A stretch of DNA of 64,000 bases, from positions 54,990-118,989 of the IMG/VR virus record IMGVR_UViG_3300033146_003879, one strand, 5' to 3'. The translations under genes and the position numbers were made by a program. The notes beneath the pieces were generated by a model. The model was not told the DNA's origin. It was given only the letters and a program-made list of their open reading frames with translations, and ran no database searches. Positions 19,017 through 28,238 of the stretch are shown here, piece after piece. Source of the stretch: a virus (lineage: Duplodnaviria; Heunggongvirae; Uroviricota; Caudoviricetes). Position 1 is the stretch's first letter, and every line of letters starts with the position of its first letter.

Positions 19017-19916
19017 CTATCGTCTTGTGTGAATGATTACATTAATGCACGCCATTACAAGACTCATTGACGTATTGTTGTAAATGGTATACTGGCTAAA
19101 ACTACTATCATGTATCTTAATATCGTTCAGTATTGGTATGGAGTTTCCGCTAAACTGATACTCTTTCTCATTGAATGCACGACTCAGCATAGCGCGTATA
19201 TTATCGCGTGTCTCAGTCAGGATTCTCCCTGTCGCCCGAGCCTCCATAGCCCCATTTTGAGAAGAGATGTCCGCAGAGGCTGCGCCAAAGGACAGAATAG
19301 CACCGGCAATAGCAAACGCTATCTTAAAGTACGTCTCATCATTCTCCTCGAGAAGCTCAAACTTCTTGTTGTCTTCTCCTTGGCTATAGTATGTGCCTGC
19401 TAGCCATTTATGTATGTCTCTCTGGGCATGTCGAAGGAACTCTCCTGGAGGAGCATCGAACGATATCACATGGGTCTCGGCAACTCGACGAACGAGAGTA
19501 TCAACAGGAGGGATGAAGCCCCTGTTACCTTTATAGACAGTGACATCCGCAACAGGCAAGACAAGAGCCAAGCCCGTCTTACTTTCATACACTTCGTGCC
19601 ACAACTTTGCAAGCGTCTCAGGCGCAAGATTGCGCTCTTGCGTGCGGTATCGCACCTCTGCAGCGTCAAACTCTGCTAGTTTGTTAATATCACACACTTC
19701 TCTCCCTTGCGTAAAATTAACGCATAGGCCATTCCTGTATATAATGTCTGGCCTGAACGGGCTTGCGATAACATCGCTGAGTATCTGAACATCGGAGGAG
19801 AGGTCCGCAAGCGAGCTCATGATATCTTTCATATCCTTCTCTAACCTTGCCTGAGCCTCTCGCATCGCTTTTATATTAGCGCGTAGGTTTTTCTTCCTTT
19901 CTTTTCGGTCATTCAT
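19017..19916 (-). CDS. Hypothetical protein of the Ubl module (N-terminal coiled coil)
   Basis: ORF from MNDRKE with GGAGG RBS; no recognised domain. Confidence 0.6.
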   Translation of the reverse strand: MNDRKERKKNLRANIKAMREAQARLEKDMKDIMSSLADLSSDVQILSDVIASPFRPDIIYRNGLCVNFTQGREVCDINKLAEFDAAEVRYRTQERNLAPETLAKLWHEVYESKTGLALVLPVADVTVYKGNRGFIPPVDTLVRRVAETHVISFDAPPGEFLRHAQRDIHKWLAGTYYSQGEDNKKFELLEENDETYFKIAFAIAGAILSFGAASADISSQNGAMEARATGRILTETRDNIRAMLSRAFNEKEYQFSGNSIPILNDIKIHDSSFSQYTIYNNTSMSLVMACINVIIHTRR

Positions 19917-19957
19917 AGTATCCTCCGGTAACCGGGCAGCGTTAGCCACCCGGATAT

Positions 19958-22645
19958 TTAAATAAACATCTGCGCCGCAGACTCAGCGACTGCTTTCTCC
20001 ATAGAAATCGGGGTAACGTGCACCAATGCACTCATAAGCAGCGCCAACAACCTGTCGGAGCCATCTGATTCTATCTTAGCAACAACCTGATCAAATATAA
20101 CAGGATTAAACACGCTTAACACCTCGTCGACACCATTATCAATATATGGAAGCGCATCATCTTCAAGGGCAGCATTGAGTTCGTGAACTGTCTTCCCAGC
20201 CAGTGTGATATATGGAAGCGCATCATCATCTTCAAGGGCAGCATTGAGTTCGTGAACTGTCTTCCCAGCCAGTGTGTCAGGTATGCCTCTAAACAAGCTT
20301 GCGTTGTACGGGTCTTCAAAATAGAGGCCTGTGTCACGCAGTACTGTCGCCGTGGCAGTCGGAAGCATTGCGGCGAACAGAAAGTCTATGGGTCGAATAT
20401 AACTCGACATTGACGACACAGCTTCGATAATATTTTCCTTACTCTCTGGAGAGAACGCGATGCACTCACGTATTGTCCGTGCGTACATGTCCGTCATCAC
20501 ATAACGCAAGAACGTAATATATGAGAATACTACAAGTGTGACTTTCTTTGTGTGAGACAACGCCTTCTCTTCATCAGTGACAAATAATTCGTCGGCGTGT
20601 TTCTTCACAATCCTATCAAACAAGATATATGCAGGAGTGTCTCGTTTCTTCAACTGCCGCCACCCGTTGCTTGAATAACTCAGATTTCTCTCCATGTGCT
20701 CAGCAACATCAATGAGAGAGTAGTGCTCCGGAACAGACAGGGAAGCATCGAGCGTATTCTCATCAGTTCTTCCCTGGTAGTTTGATTGGCGTAGGTGGTG
20801 CGAAGGCCCAGTGGAACGAGTAACCCACCAAGAATCCATATCATGTAGCGTAACTTTATTAGCACCATCATCCTGCATTGTTATCTTTGTCTTTGTACGG
20901 ACTTCGCCAGTAAGCAACTCCCGAAGCCTTGCTATAGGAAACAACTCATACTCGATCACTACGTTTGAAATGCGGGCATGCGTACCCTCCGCCGCATACG
21001 CAGTAATGTCATTGTAATCTAATGGTGATACGTAGCGTTTATACCACCCTTCAGTGCGGCTCCTGATAGCTTCGAAGTTATAGTTACTTGGTATTACATC
21101 ATATCCATCGTTGGGTATGTCGTCGTACCCAAATGCGAGTGCGAGCAGATTTGATAAAGTAGAATTACCTTGCTCATTATCACCTAATTCGTTAATCAAA
21201 GGAGCACATACGAGACCATATGCACCTCCGTAAGAATCATATGTTATGTGGCGTAAACTTGTGCCGAGGTCTGCGTTCCATTGTTCAATCTCACTCTCCA
21301 GAACCTCCCGAGCCCGAATGGTATTTGCGTTACCTGTACAGATGCTCCGTTGTGCCGCGGGCGCGTGGAAATCATTCGCAGCATTCGTGTTTGCTCTGCC
21401 TACAACCGAAATGGTACGTGCTCTCGTGTACCCACGCAGTGTACCTGTACTGTATCGGTTTATGGTATCTATCACGCTACTGCTGATTCCGCCATGAATA
21501 TTACCCATGATCGGCTGAAAGTCAGTAGGTGTTATATATCCCCACGCGGTTAGGGTACCAGACCCCGTTATAAGGCCGTCCTGCGAATCATATGCGCTTG
21601 GAAGATCCGACAACGTTACCGACTTTGAGATAAAGACGTGTCCTTTTATTGAAACATATCCACCATCGGAATTGGTGTAGGAGTTACCGCGAACACCTTG
21701 ATCATTACCTTCAAGTAGGTGGTGTGACATGGCAAAGTGATTACGTATATCGGTGAGGTTAAACGGTGTTACTATATTCTCTTGGACACACATACGCCTA
21801 AGCGGCCTAGCGCAAACTGAAGCTCGCTTCATTATCAGGTGAAGGCCTTGCCCATAACTTGAAAGAACATTCTGATATCTACTTGAGCTTACTATCACCG
21901 TATTTTCTTGTACATATCTTGAATCGACACCGAGTTCAACCTCCTCGGACGATACACCGATAAGAGACCCAGACAAACCGAGTGATGTACGCAGAGCATT
22001 TCTATGCTCCTCGTTCTCTTCTCCGAGGAAATACTTCTCGAAGGAATTATCTCCAGGTAGAGGGTTAGCCATAGGTTCTCCGAATACAACAGCTCTCCAG
22101 AAAGCAACAACATTAGGATCAAAATCAACTGACCTCAACGATAACTTAAGAGAATCTCTTACACCACCTTGTAAACGCAGATACTCAGGAAACATAGCGA
22201 TAGGGTATGCGCCAAGTTGATACTCAGCTTCGCGCTGCGTGAGCGCTTTATCTGACATTGATGCTATGGTATTTGCTATCACATCGCCTTTGAGAACGAT
22301 GTTACTGTCATGCACTCTATCAAGCTTTTGATAAAGCTTAATAATAAGTGCTCCATTAAGCGGTCTACTCTCACGCCGCTCTCCGTCCCTGGCCTCTTCG
22401 GCAATAAACCCAGCACCACGAATAGCGTCAATTGCTGGTTCTCCAGTGAATGCTTGCTTCAAGTAATCAGGGATATCCTCTGAGTCAAGGAATTGTGCAA
22501 CTTCGGTAGGCATAACAAATACATCCGGATCTACTTCTTCTTCAACAACACCGTTTGCTCGCGTGACTCTCAAAGCTCCTCTAATCACATCTAACGGAAC
22601 GCCGTGCGCGTATACACCACGTACTTGTACATTAATTCTTGGCAT
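19958..22645 (-). CDS. Large hypothetical protein heading the Ubl module (possible divergent E2-like domain)
   Basis: 895 aa from MPRINV; FHAPAAQRSICTGN weakly resembles the prokaryotic E2 family D Cys motif. Confidence 0.35.
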   Translation of the reverse strand: MPRINVQVRGVYAHGVPLDVIRGALRVTRANGVVEEEVDPDVFVMPTEVAQFLDSEDIPDYLKQAFTGEPAIDAIRGAGFIAEEARDGERRESRPLNGALIIKLYQKLDRVHDSNIVLKGDVIANTIASMSDKALTQREAEYQLGAYPIAMFPEYLRLQGGVRDSLKLSLRSVDFDPNVVAFWRAVVFGEPMANPLPGDNSFEKYFLGEENEEHRNALRTSLGLSGSLIGVSSEEVELGVDSRYVQENTVIVSSSRYQNVLSSYGQGLHLIMKRASVCARPLRRMCVQENIVTPFNLTDIRNHFAMSHHLLEGNDQGVRGNSYTNSDGGYVSIKGHVFISKSVTLSDLPSAYDSQDGLITGSGTLTAWGYITPTDFQPIMGNIHGGISSSVIDTINRYSTGTLRGYTRARTISVVGRANTNAANDFHAPAAQRSICTGNANTIRAREVLESEIEQWNADLGTSLRHITYDSYGGAYGLVCAPLINELGDNEQGNSTLSNLLALAFGYDDIPNDGYDVIPSNYNFEAIRSRTEGWYKRYVSPLDYNDITAYAAEGTHARISNVVIEYELFPIARLRELLTGEVRTKTKITMQDDGANKVTLHDMDSWWVTRSTGPSHHLRQSNYQGRTDENTLDASLSVPEHYSLIDVAEHMERNLSYSSNGWRQLKKRDTPAYILFDRIVKKHADELFVTDEEKALSHTKKVTLVVFSYITFLRYVMTDMYARTIRECIAFSPESKENIIEAVSSMSSYIRPIDFLFAAMLPTATATVLRDTGLYFEDPYNASLFRGIPDTLAGKTVHELNAALEDDDALPYITLAGKTVHELNAALEDDALPYIDNGVDEVLSVFNPVIFDQVVAKIESDGSDRLLALLMSALVHVTPISMEKAVAESAAQMFI
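20142..20276. repeat. In-frame tandem duplication (66 + 69 bp)
   Basis: TLAGKTVHELNAALEDD(D)ALPYI twice; the nucleotide copies are identical except for one extra codon. Confidence 0.9.
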
Positions 22646-22810
22646 GGGATTTCCTCCAGGTAATAAAAAAGTTTCCATCTACTTATACCATAAAGTTGAC
22701 ATTAAAATAACGCGAGGTGTACGCCTTGTTGTTTGCTCTATAATTAGTATGTTCATCCGATTGAGTTGTATTCAGTTCGGAGTTGTTATGTAATTACTGG
22801 AGGTGTTACC

Positions 22811-23668
22811 ATGGTTGGTATGCGTGAATTAGAGCAGTTATTGTCAGGATTGAGCCCAAAACAGTTAACAGCGCTGCTTGCAGCTGTTGGTGCTGGTGGA
22901 GCGGCGTTAGGCGCAGGCGGAATTGCCGGGTATAACGCAATGCAGCCAGAGCCATCCGTGTTAGATAGCCTCACCGGTGGAATATCCGATGCTTATAACA
23001 ATACAACTGATTATCTCGGTGGCGTATTTGGTACGGAAGAGCCATCAATGTGGGATAACTTCGCTGATACTGTTGGTGATGTCTATGACAACGCAACAAA
23101 TGGACTAAGTAATTTGTTTGGCGGCAATGGAGATGCGGAAGCAATGGAAGCATTTAAAATTGCTGCAATTCAACAAGACTTTATCAAGCAAGCCGCTCTC
23201 GAAGTAGAACTCAGAAAGGTGGCTGACGAAGCGATGCTTGAATATGCTATATTAAAGGAGGCTGGGTTAGCTTCGACGCTGAAGTCAGGCCTTAAGGCAG
23301 GCGCAGAAGCGGTAAAAGATAAAGTAATACCTACAATCAAGGACACTGCCAAAAAAGTAGCAGATAGTCCGTATGTGAAAGAAACTATTGCCGACGCTAA
23401 GGTGCAGGGCAAGAAGCTATACGATGCAACAAAGCTTACCGGTGAAGTAGTTGGTGATAAGGTGCAGGAAGTTGCTGGAAGAGCCCTTTCTCCAGAAGTA
23501 AAGCAGACACTTAGTAGATATAAAGATCTATTGCAAGGCAACACCGCAAAATCTCTTGCCTCCGGAGGAAGCCCTGAAGCACTTAAAAAAGAGCTTGCGA
23601 AAGTATACGGAACAAGAGCAGCAACGGCTGCTGGTGTTGGTGGATTAGCATACGCAACTCGTGACTAA
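22811..23668 (+). CDS. Glycine-zipper, K-x-A motif protein (putative internal head protein)
   Basis: GAGGAALGAGG and AGVGGLAY segments; FIKQAA and LKEAG; follows CTATAAT at 22738. Confidence 0.55.
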   Translation: MVGMRELEQLLSGLSPKQLTALLAAVGAGGAALGAGGIAGYNAMQPEPSVLDSLTGGISDAYNNTTDYLGGVFGTEEPSMWDNFADTVGDVYDNATNGLSNLFGGNGDAEAMEAFKIAAIQQDFIKQAALEVELRKVADEAMLEYAILKEAGLASTLKSGLKAGAEAVKDKVIPTIKDTAKKVADSPYVKETIADAKVQGKKLYDATKLTGEVVGDKVQEVAGRALSPEVKQTLSRYKDLLQGNTAKSLASGGSPEALKKELAKVYGTRAATAAGVGGLAYATRD

Positions 23669-23684
23669 TTACGGAGACAGGACG

Positions 23685-24317
23685 ATGGCAACAACTATGC
23701 TTACATACACCTTAGAGATGCTATCCAGGAAACTACAGAAGAAAGCTGCAGGGATGGGCCTGTTGGACGATGGGCTACGCTACATCAGTGCAACAGCACA
23801 TGGTATGTCTGGTGGAGGGTTTGCCCGGAACGCTAAGAAAGCAGTATCGCACATACCCGTTAAGCAAGTTGCATTAAGTGCAGATGAAATAGCATTACGT
23901 AACGCTTTGCATTCCGCTAATAAACAAACGAGAGCCAGCATAGCCGGAAGGATCGGTGAAATGATACCAACACCTCCTAAATCAAGAGCCCTTGTTTCAG
24001 TCAAAGTGTTACCCGCACCTGCAGATTCACCTACAGCAATGCGCATAATGCAAGCTGCCGGACTAATAGGTGGTGGCTACGGGTTATCTCGTATCCTGTC
24101 CGGAACACCGCGTGAACGTGATAATTTTGACAGAATGCGTGATATGTACGAAGATACAACGGATTACATGTCAGAATTGTTCACCCCGAGGCAAAGAACA
24201 CCGATGGAGTACATAGAGAATCTGTTTACTCCAAACAAAGATATATTTGATAGATCGCGAGATGTGTACGAAGATACAGCAGATTACGTATCTGATCTTT
24301 TCTCGCGAAATGAGTAA
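23685..24317 (+). CDS. K-x-A motif protein with internal repeat
   Basis: QKKAAG; D.YEDT.DY.S.LF occurs twice, 120 bp apart. Confidence 0.55.
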   Translation: MATTMLTYTLEMLSRKLQKKAAGMGLLDDGLRYISATAHGMSGGGFARNAKKAVSHIPVKQVALSADEIALRNALHSANKQTRASIAGRIGEMIPTPPKSRALVSVKVLPAPADSPTAMRIMQAAGLIGGGYGLSRILSGTPRERDNFDRMRDMYEDTTDYMSELFTPRQRTPMEYIENLFTPNKDIFDRSRDVYEDTADYVSDLFSRNE

Positions 24318-24357
24318 CGTATAATGTAATAACCAATATACCTTGGAGGGTATCATT

Positions 24358-25182
24358 ATGAACGAAAGAACAATGCTCAAAAGAGCAATCATGGAAGAGT
24401 TGTACATGAATGACTTAGTTAAGGAGGCAGCTGCAAAGCAGGAGTTGCTTAAGAAACAAGCCGCAGCTATTGAGCTTGATGCTCTCCTTAAGCATGCTGC
24501 ATCAGAACCAGGATACGGCGATTACGCACAGGCTGGGGCTGCTCTGGGCGGCGGGGGCACAGCACTTGCAAGTGCTCTTATAGGAGCCGGTGTGGGCCAC
24601 GGACTGAAACAAAGAGCGCTGTTCTCACTTATGGGAGGACTCGGAGGAGGTGCCATCGGTGGTGGTTTCGGTGCCCTATCTGGGCTTGCGCAGAAGAAAG
24701 TTAACAATTGGATTGACAGCGGAGATAAGAGCCTCTTCCTGAATAGGAGTCGCCTAATGGATGCTGCTGCTCAAAAATTCTCCGCATCAGATATTGACAT
24801 GCTTATTAAGCAGGCCGCTATCGAAGAAGCAATCTTGCAGCAAGCAAATATTACACAAGACAACATGGCTGACGCTAATGCAGCTGCCATGCAAGCTCTT
24901 GTACAACTTGCTGGCGGAGGCGAGAGCCTTCAGCAAGAAGCTGCAGAAGGTGAGATTCCACCAGAATTATTGCAGCAGATAATGGCAGAACAAGGCGGCG
25001 CTCAAGGAGCACCTCAAGGCGGAGAGCAGATTCCACCTGAGATTCTTGCCCAACTTGCTGCAGCACAGCAGCAAGAGCAAGCTGCTCCAGCACAAGCTGC
25101 TCCAGCACAAGCTGCTCCAGCACAAGAAGAGCAAATTGAGCAGAAAGTAGCAAGCGCTTACTTTGATATCCTCAATTATTAA
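24358..25182 (+). CDS. Glycine-zipper, K-x-A motif protein with Q/A/P-rich tail
   Basis: VKEAA, KKQAA, LKHAA, IKQAA, QKVAS; long GxxxG segment. Confidence 0.55.
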   Translation: MNERTMLKRAIMEELYMNDLVKEAAAKQELLKKQAAAIELDALLKHAASEPGYGDYAQAGAALGGGGTALASALIGAGVGHGLKQRALFSLMGGLGGGAIGGGFGALSGLAQKKVNNWIDSGDKSLFLNRSRLMDAAAQKFSASDIDMLIKQAAIEEAILQQANITQDNMADANAAAMQALVQLAGGGESLQQEAAEGEIPPELLQQIMAEQGGAQGAPQGGEQIPPEILAQLAAAQQQEQAAPAQAAPAQAAPAQEEQIEQKVASAYFDILNY

Positions 25183-25242
25183 GAAGGTGGTGGTATAAAG
25201 GTGGCTGCTTCGGTGGCCACCGATTACTCTAGGGGGTACGAA

Positions 25243-25623
25243 ATGTCAGAACGTAAGACATACAATAATCTCAAGGATATGACTACAGATTTACTTATGA
25301 CAAAGAAGGCATTCTACAACCCACTACCGATGCTCACACACACACTTGGGGGAGCCGGAATAGGTGCGGTGGCAGGAGGCCTTGCAGGCGGAACAAAAGC
25401 TCTTCTTAATGGACGAGATGCTGCAGACGGCGCAGCTCGCGGAATGCGCATAGGCGGAGTTCTTGGAGGCATTGGTGGATTTGGTCATGGTTATGGGTAC
25501 GCGAAGATGACAGATCCCAAACGTATCGCAGAGATGGTTAAAAAGAATCCCGGCGCTGTATCAAAATGGCTTAGTAGATTAGGTAACAATGGAAAACAGA
25601 CACTCCAGACATTGCGCCCATAG
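25243..25623 (+). CDS. Glycine-zipper protein
   Basis: TKKAF followed by LGGAGIGAVAGGLAGG and GGVLGGIGGFG. Confidence 0.55.
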   Translation: MSERKTYNNLKDMTTDLLMTKKAFYNPLPMLTHTLGGAGIGAVAGGLAGGTKALLNGRDAADGAARGMRIGGVLGGIGGFGHGYGYAKMTDPKRIAEMVKKNPGAVSKWLSRLGNNGKQTLQTLRP

Positions 25624-25624
25624 G

Positions 25625-26077
25625 GTGCATAAATATGCACTCGGCGTGCTCGATGTAGTAACTACGTCAAGTATTCATGACAAGTACTCAGATAGAGGTA
25701 CGTGGCAAGAGGCCGCAGGAGGTGCGCTTGGCGGAGGGACACTCGGTGCTATTGCTGCTGAGTTGCTTGGCAGGGACGAGGATAGGAGCTACTTTGCATC
25801 AAGAGGAGCAGTAGTCGGAGGAGCACTAGGGCTTACAGGTGCCTTAACAGACCCGGAGAAAGCAGTTAATATGGCTACGGGTGGAGCTGTTGGCGGCGGA
25901 GTTAGTTTATTAGCAGCACACCTTGCGGCTAACCTGCTTAACAAAGACGCTGACACCACGAAAGAGTGGGCTCAGCTAGCAGGTGGTGCGGGACTTATAT
26001 CAGGTGTGATTGCTGGAAAGAGCGGTATGTTTGATATAAAGGACTTATTTAACTCAATAATGAATAAGGAGATTTAA
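25625..26077 (+). CDS. Glycine-zipper protein
   Basis: Probable GTG start coupled to the upstream TAG, giving MHKYAL like the MLNKYA and MDMKKYA starts; several GxxxG helices. Confidence 0.5.
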   Translation: MHKYALGVLDVVTTSSIHDKYSDRGTWQEAAGGALGGGTLGAIAAELLGRDEDRSYFASRGAVVGGALGLTGALTDPEKAVNMATGGAVGGGVSLLAAHLAANLLNKDADTTKEWAQLAGGAGLISGVIAGKSGMFDIKDLFNSIMNKEI

Positions 26078-26078
26078 C

Positions 26079-27764
26079 ATGGCACCTACAGGAAGGCTTC
26101 GGCAGTATCTTGCAAGAAGAAGTGCTAATGCGATAAGTAGATCTGTTAATAAGATGTATCGAGCCGCTGGTGGAACCCACACAGGGACAAGTGACTTCAA
26201 GGATATGTTACGGGATTACCTCGAGAGCGTTCCTAAATTACATGATCCTAAAGGTCTCTTTAACGTGTTATCCGGACGTGAGCTTTCTTCTGTTAACAAA
26301 GCAGCAGCTTCTGAGTTGTTTAACGGAGTAGCTCCCCTCGGACGAAATGTTATTGATTCGATAATAGATCACTCCGCAAACAGACAACTTATGACGAGAG
26401 CGGCTACGGGATTATTCGGAGCAGGAGTACTTGGCGGTACAGGTATGTATGCAAACAGTAAGTTTTCCGCTTCCGGATCTGATTTCGAGAAAGAGATAAA
26501 GAAAGACATGGATGAAGTGCAGACTACAGGTAAGCCGAAAGTACCAAGCAAAGCTCCAGAAGTTCTTGCTAACGGAAGTAGTTTCGTTTCCCCCGAACTT
26601 ATTAATAAGAAATCATTTGAGAATGCGTACACAGCATACGCAGCAAAGGAGAACGCTATGAATAATGACCTACTGGAAATTGTAAAAGAAGCAACACTTG
26701 AATACAACATGCTTAAAGAGGCCGGGCTCGCGTCAGGACTAAAGCGCTATAAGAATCTGTTGACTGGAGGAATTAAGCACGACGCCAAGGTAGCAGCAAC
26801 AAAACTGAGTAGTGCGCTCAAAGCAAAAGGGATTGAGAATGCAGGTTTAATACCAGGATATAAAGCACAAGCAAAAGATTTAGTTGAGTTGTACACAAAG
26901 AATGATATAATCCCTGCGAACTTGACACCTAGCTATTTAGATGATCTTATTAAGAAGACGGAGGATCTTATTCAGTCGGGTAACATTGACGGCTCTGACT
27001 CGAACGTAATAACAGCACTGGATACTATGCGGAATAATCATGGATACCGCGAAGCATTCCTAGGAGCAGATAATGTGCTTGATGCTAATCTAGCTGGGAT
27101 CGATGAAATGGTGAGGCAGGCAAATGCTAAAGCAGCAAAACTAGCATCAGAATCAAGTCTTGCTAATAAAGCATACAACAAAGCGGTACGAGACACACTA
27201 ATTACCCGTTTAGGTACAGGGGCTGCTGGACTAGGGGCGCTTGGCGCAGGTGGGTATGCCCTTGGAAAAGATGCCGCTATCGGAGCTAATATGCTTAAAA
27301 AGGCCGGGTGGCATGAAGATCGGTTCCCAGCCATGGCTGCTATGAAAGCTGATAATGATTACTTTCTTTCAGGAAGATACGCAGCGGATAGATTGGCTGA
27401 GAGAAAAGTCGCTCGAGAAGCGCAGCAAGAAGAAGCAGCCCTTCACAGACAAGCAGTAATGGATGCTATAACCAACAACGTTCTCCCACAGAAAATAGAT
27501 CCAGCTCTCATACAGAGCGCAATTGACGCTACACCACACAGCGACATAACACCAAACAGCGTAATTACAGGAGCCTTATTAGGAGGCCTCGCAGGGGGAG
27601 CTGGAGGAGCATTACACGGTTACGGAGTACCTTCACTCAATCCTTTCCACGATAGAGGCGAGGATACTAAACAAGCACTTATTGAAGCCGCTATCGGATC
27701 CATCCTTGGAGCCGGAGCAGGTGGCACAGCAGGATACGGACTAAGTAAACTAATTGGCGATTAA
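26079..27764 (+). CDS. Glycine-zipper, K-x-A motif protein
   Basis: LEYNMLKEAGLAS is paralogous to LEYAILKEAGLAS in the 22811 gene; three Gly-rich segments. Confidence 0.55.
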   Translation: MAPTGRLRQYLARRSANAISRSVNKMYRAAGGTHTGTSDFKDMLRDYLESVPKLHDPKGLFNVLSGRELSSVNKAAASELFNGVAPLGRNVIDSIIDHSANRQLMTRAATGLFGAGVLGGTGMYANSKFSASGSDFEKEIKKDMDEVQTTGKPKVPSKAPEVLANGSSFVSPELINKKSFENAYTAYAAKENAMNNDLLEIVKEATLEYNMLKEAGLASGLKRYKNLLTGGIKHDAKVAATKLSSALKAKGIENAGLIPGYKAQAKDLVELYTKNDIIPANLTPSYLDDLIKKTEDLIQSGNIDGSDSNVITALDTMRNNHGYREAFLGADNVLDANLAGIDEMVRQANAKAAKLASESSLANKAYNKAVRDTLITRLGTGAAGLGALGAGGYALGKDAAIGANMLKKAGWHEDRFPAMAAMKADNDYFLSGRYAADRLAERKVAREAQQEEAALHRQAVMDAITNNVLPQKIDPALIQSAIDATPHSDITPNSVITGALLGGLAGGAGGALHGYGVPSLNPFHDRGEDTKQALIEAAIGSILGAGAGGTAGYGLSKLIGD

Positions 27765-27789
27765 CAACAACAAGCATAAGGGGAAGACA

Positions 27790-28221
27790 ATGTTAAACAA
27801 GTACGCACAGGCTATCGCAGTAGAAAGACTTATTAAAGACGCAGCAACACAAGCGAACCTGCTTAAGCAAGCAGCCATCGAACAAGAAATGTACGTCGAA
27901 GCTCTTATCAAGCAGGCTGGATTTGACTTTGGTGATGCGATGGACAGCATCGCAGAATCAGATCTTGTCCAGAATCTCAAAGAGAAGTACGGGGAACATG
28001 GTAAGACAATCCTCAATGACGCCCTTGCAGGAACACTTGCTGGAGCCGGGATTGGCGGAATGGCTTCTCTCATGGGAGACGGAAGTTTGTTGAGCGGCCT
28101 CGGAAGAGGAGCTATGCTCGGTGGAACCGGTGGAGCTATTCTTGGCGGACTAACCGCTGCAAATAAAGAATACGCAGATTCAGACATGAGAGATCAACTT
28201 CTTGAGTTGCTCAAGAGATAA
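27790..28221 (+). CDS. Glycine-zipper, K-x-A motif protein
   Basis: MLNKYAQ, IKDAA, LKQAA, IKQAG; C-terminal domain paralogous to the end of 28239-29519. Confidence 0.55.
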   Translation: MLNKYAQAIAVERLIKDAATQANLLKQAAIEQEMYVEALIKQAGFDFGDAMDSIAESDLVQNLKEKYGEHGKTILNDALAGTLAGAGIGGMASLMGDGSLLSGLGRGAMLGGTGGAILGGLTAANKEYADSDMRDQLLELLKR

Positions 28222-28238
28222 TCGAAGGAGAAGCAATT

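Noticed and set aside
24141-24305. DGR template/variable repeat pair
   Set aside because: Differences are not confined to adenines, both copies are within one ORF, and the RT lacks DGR motifs.
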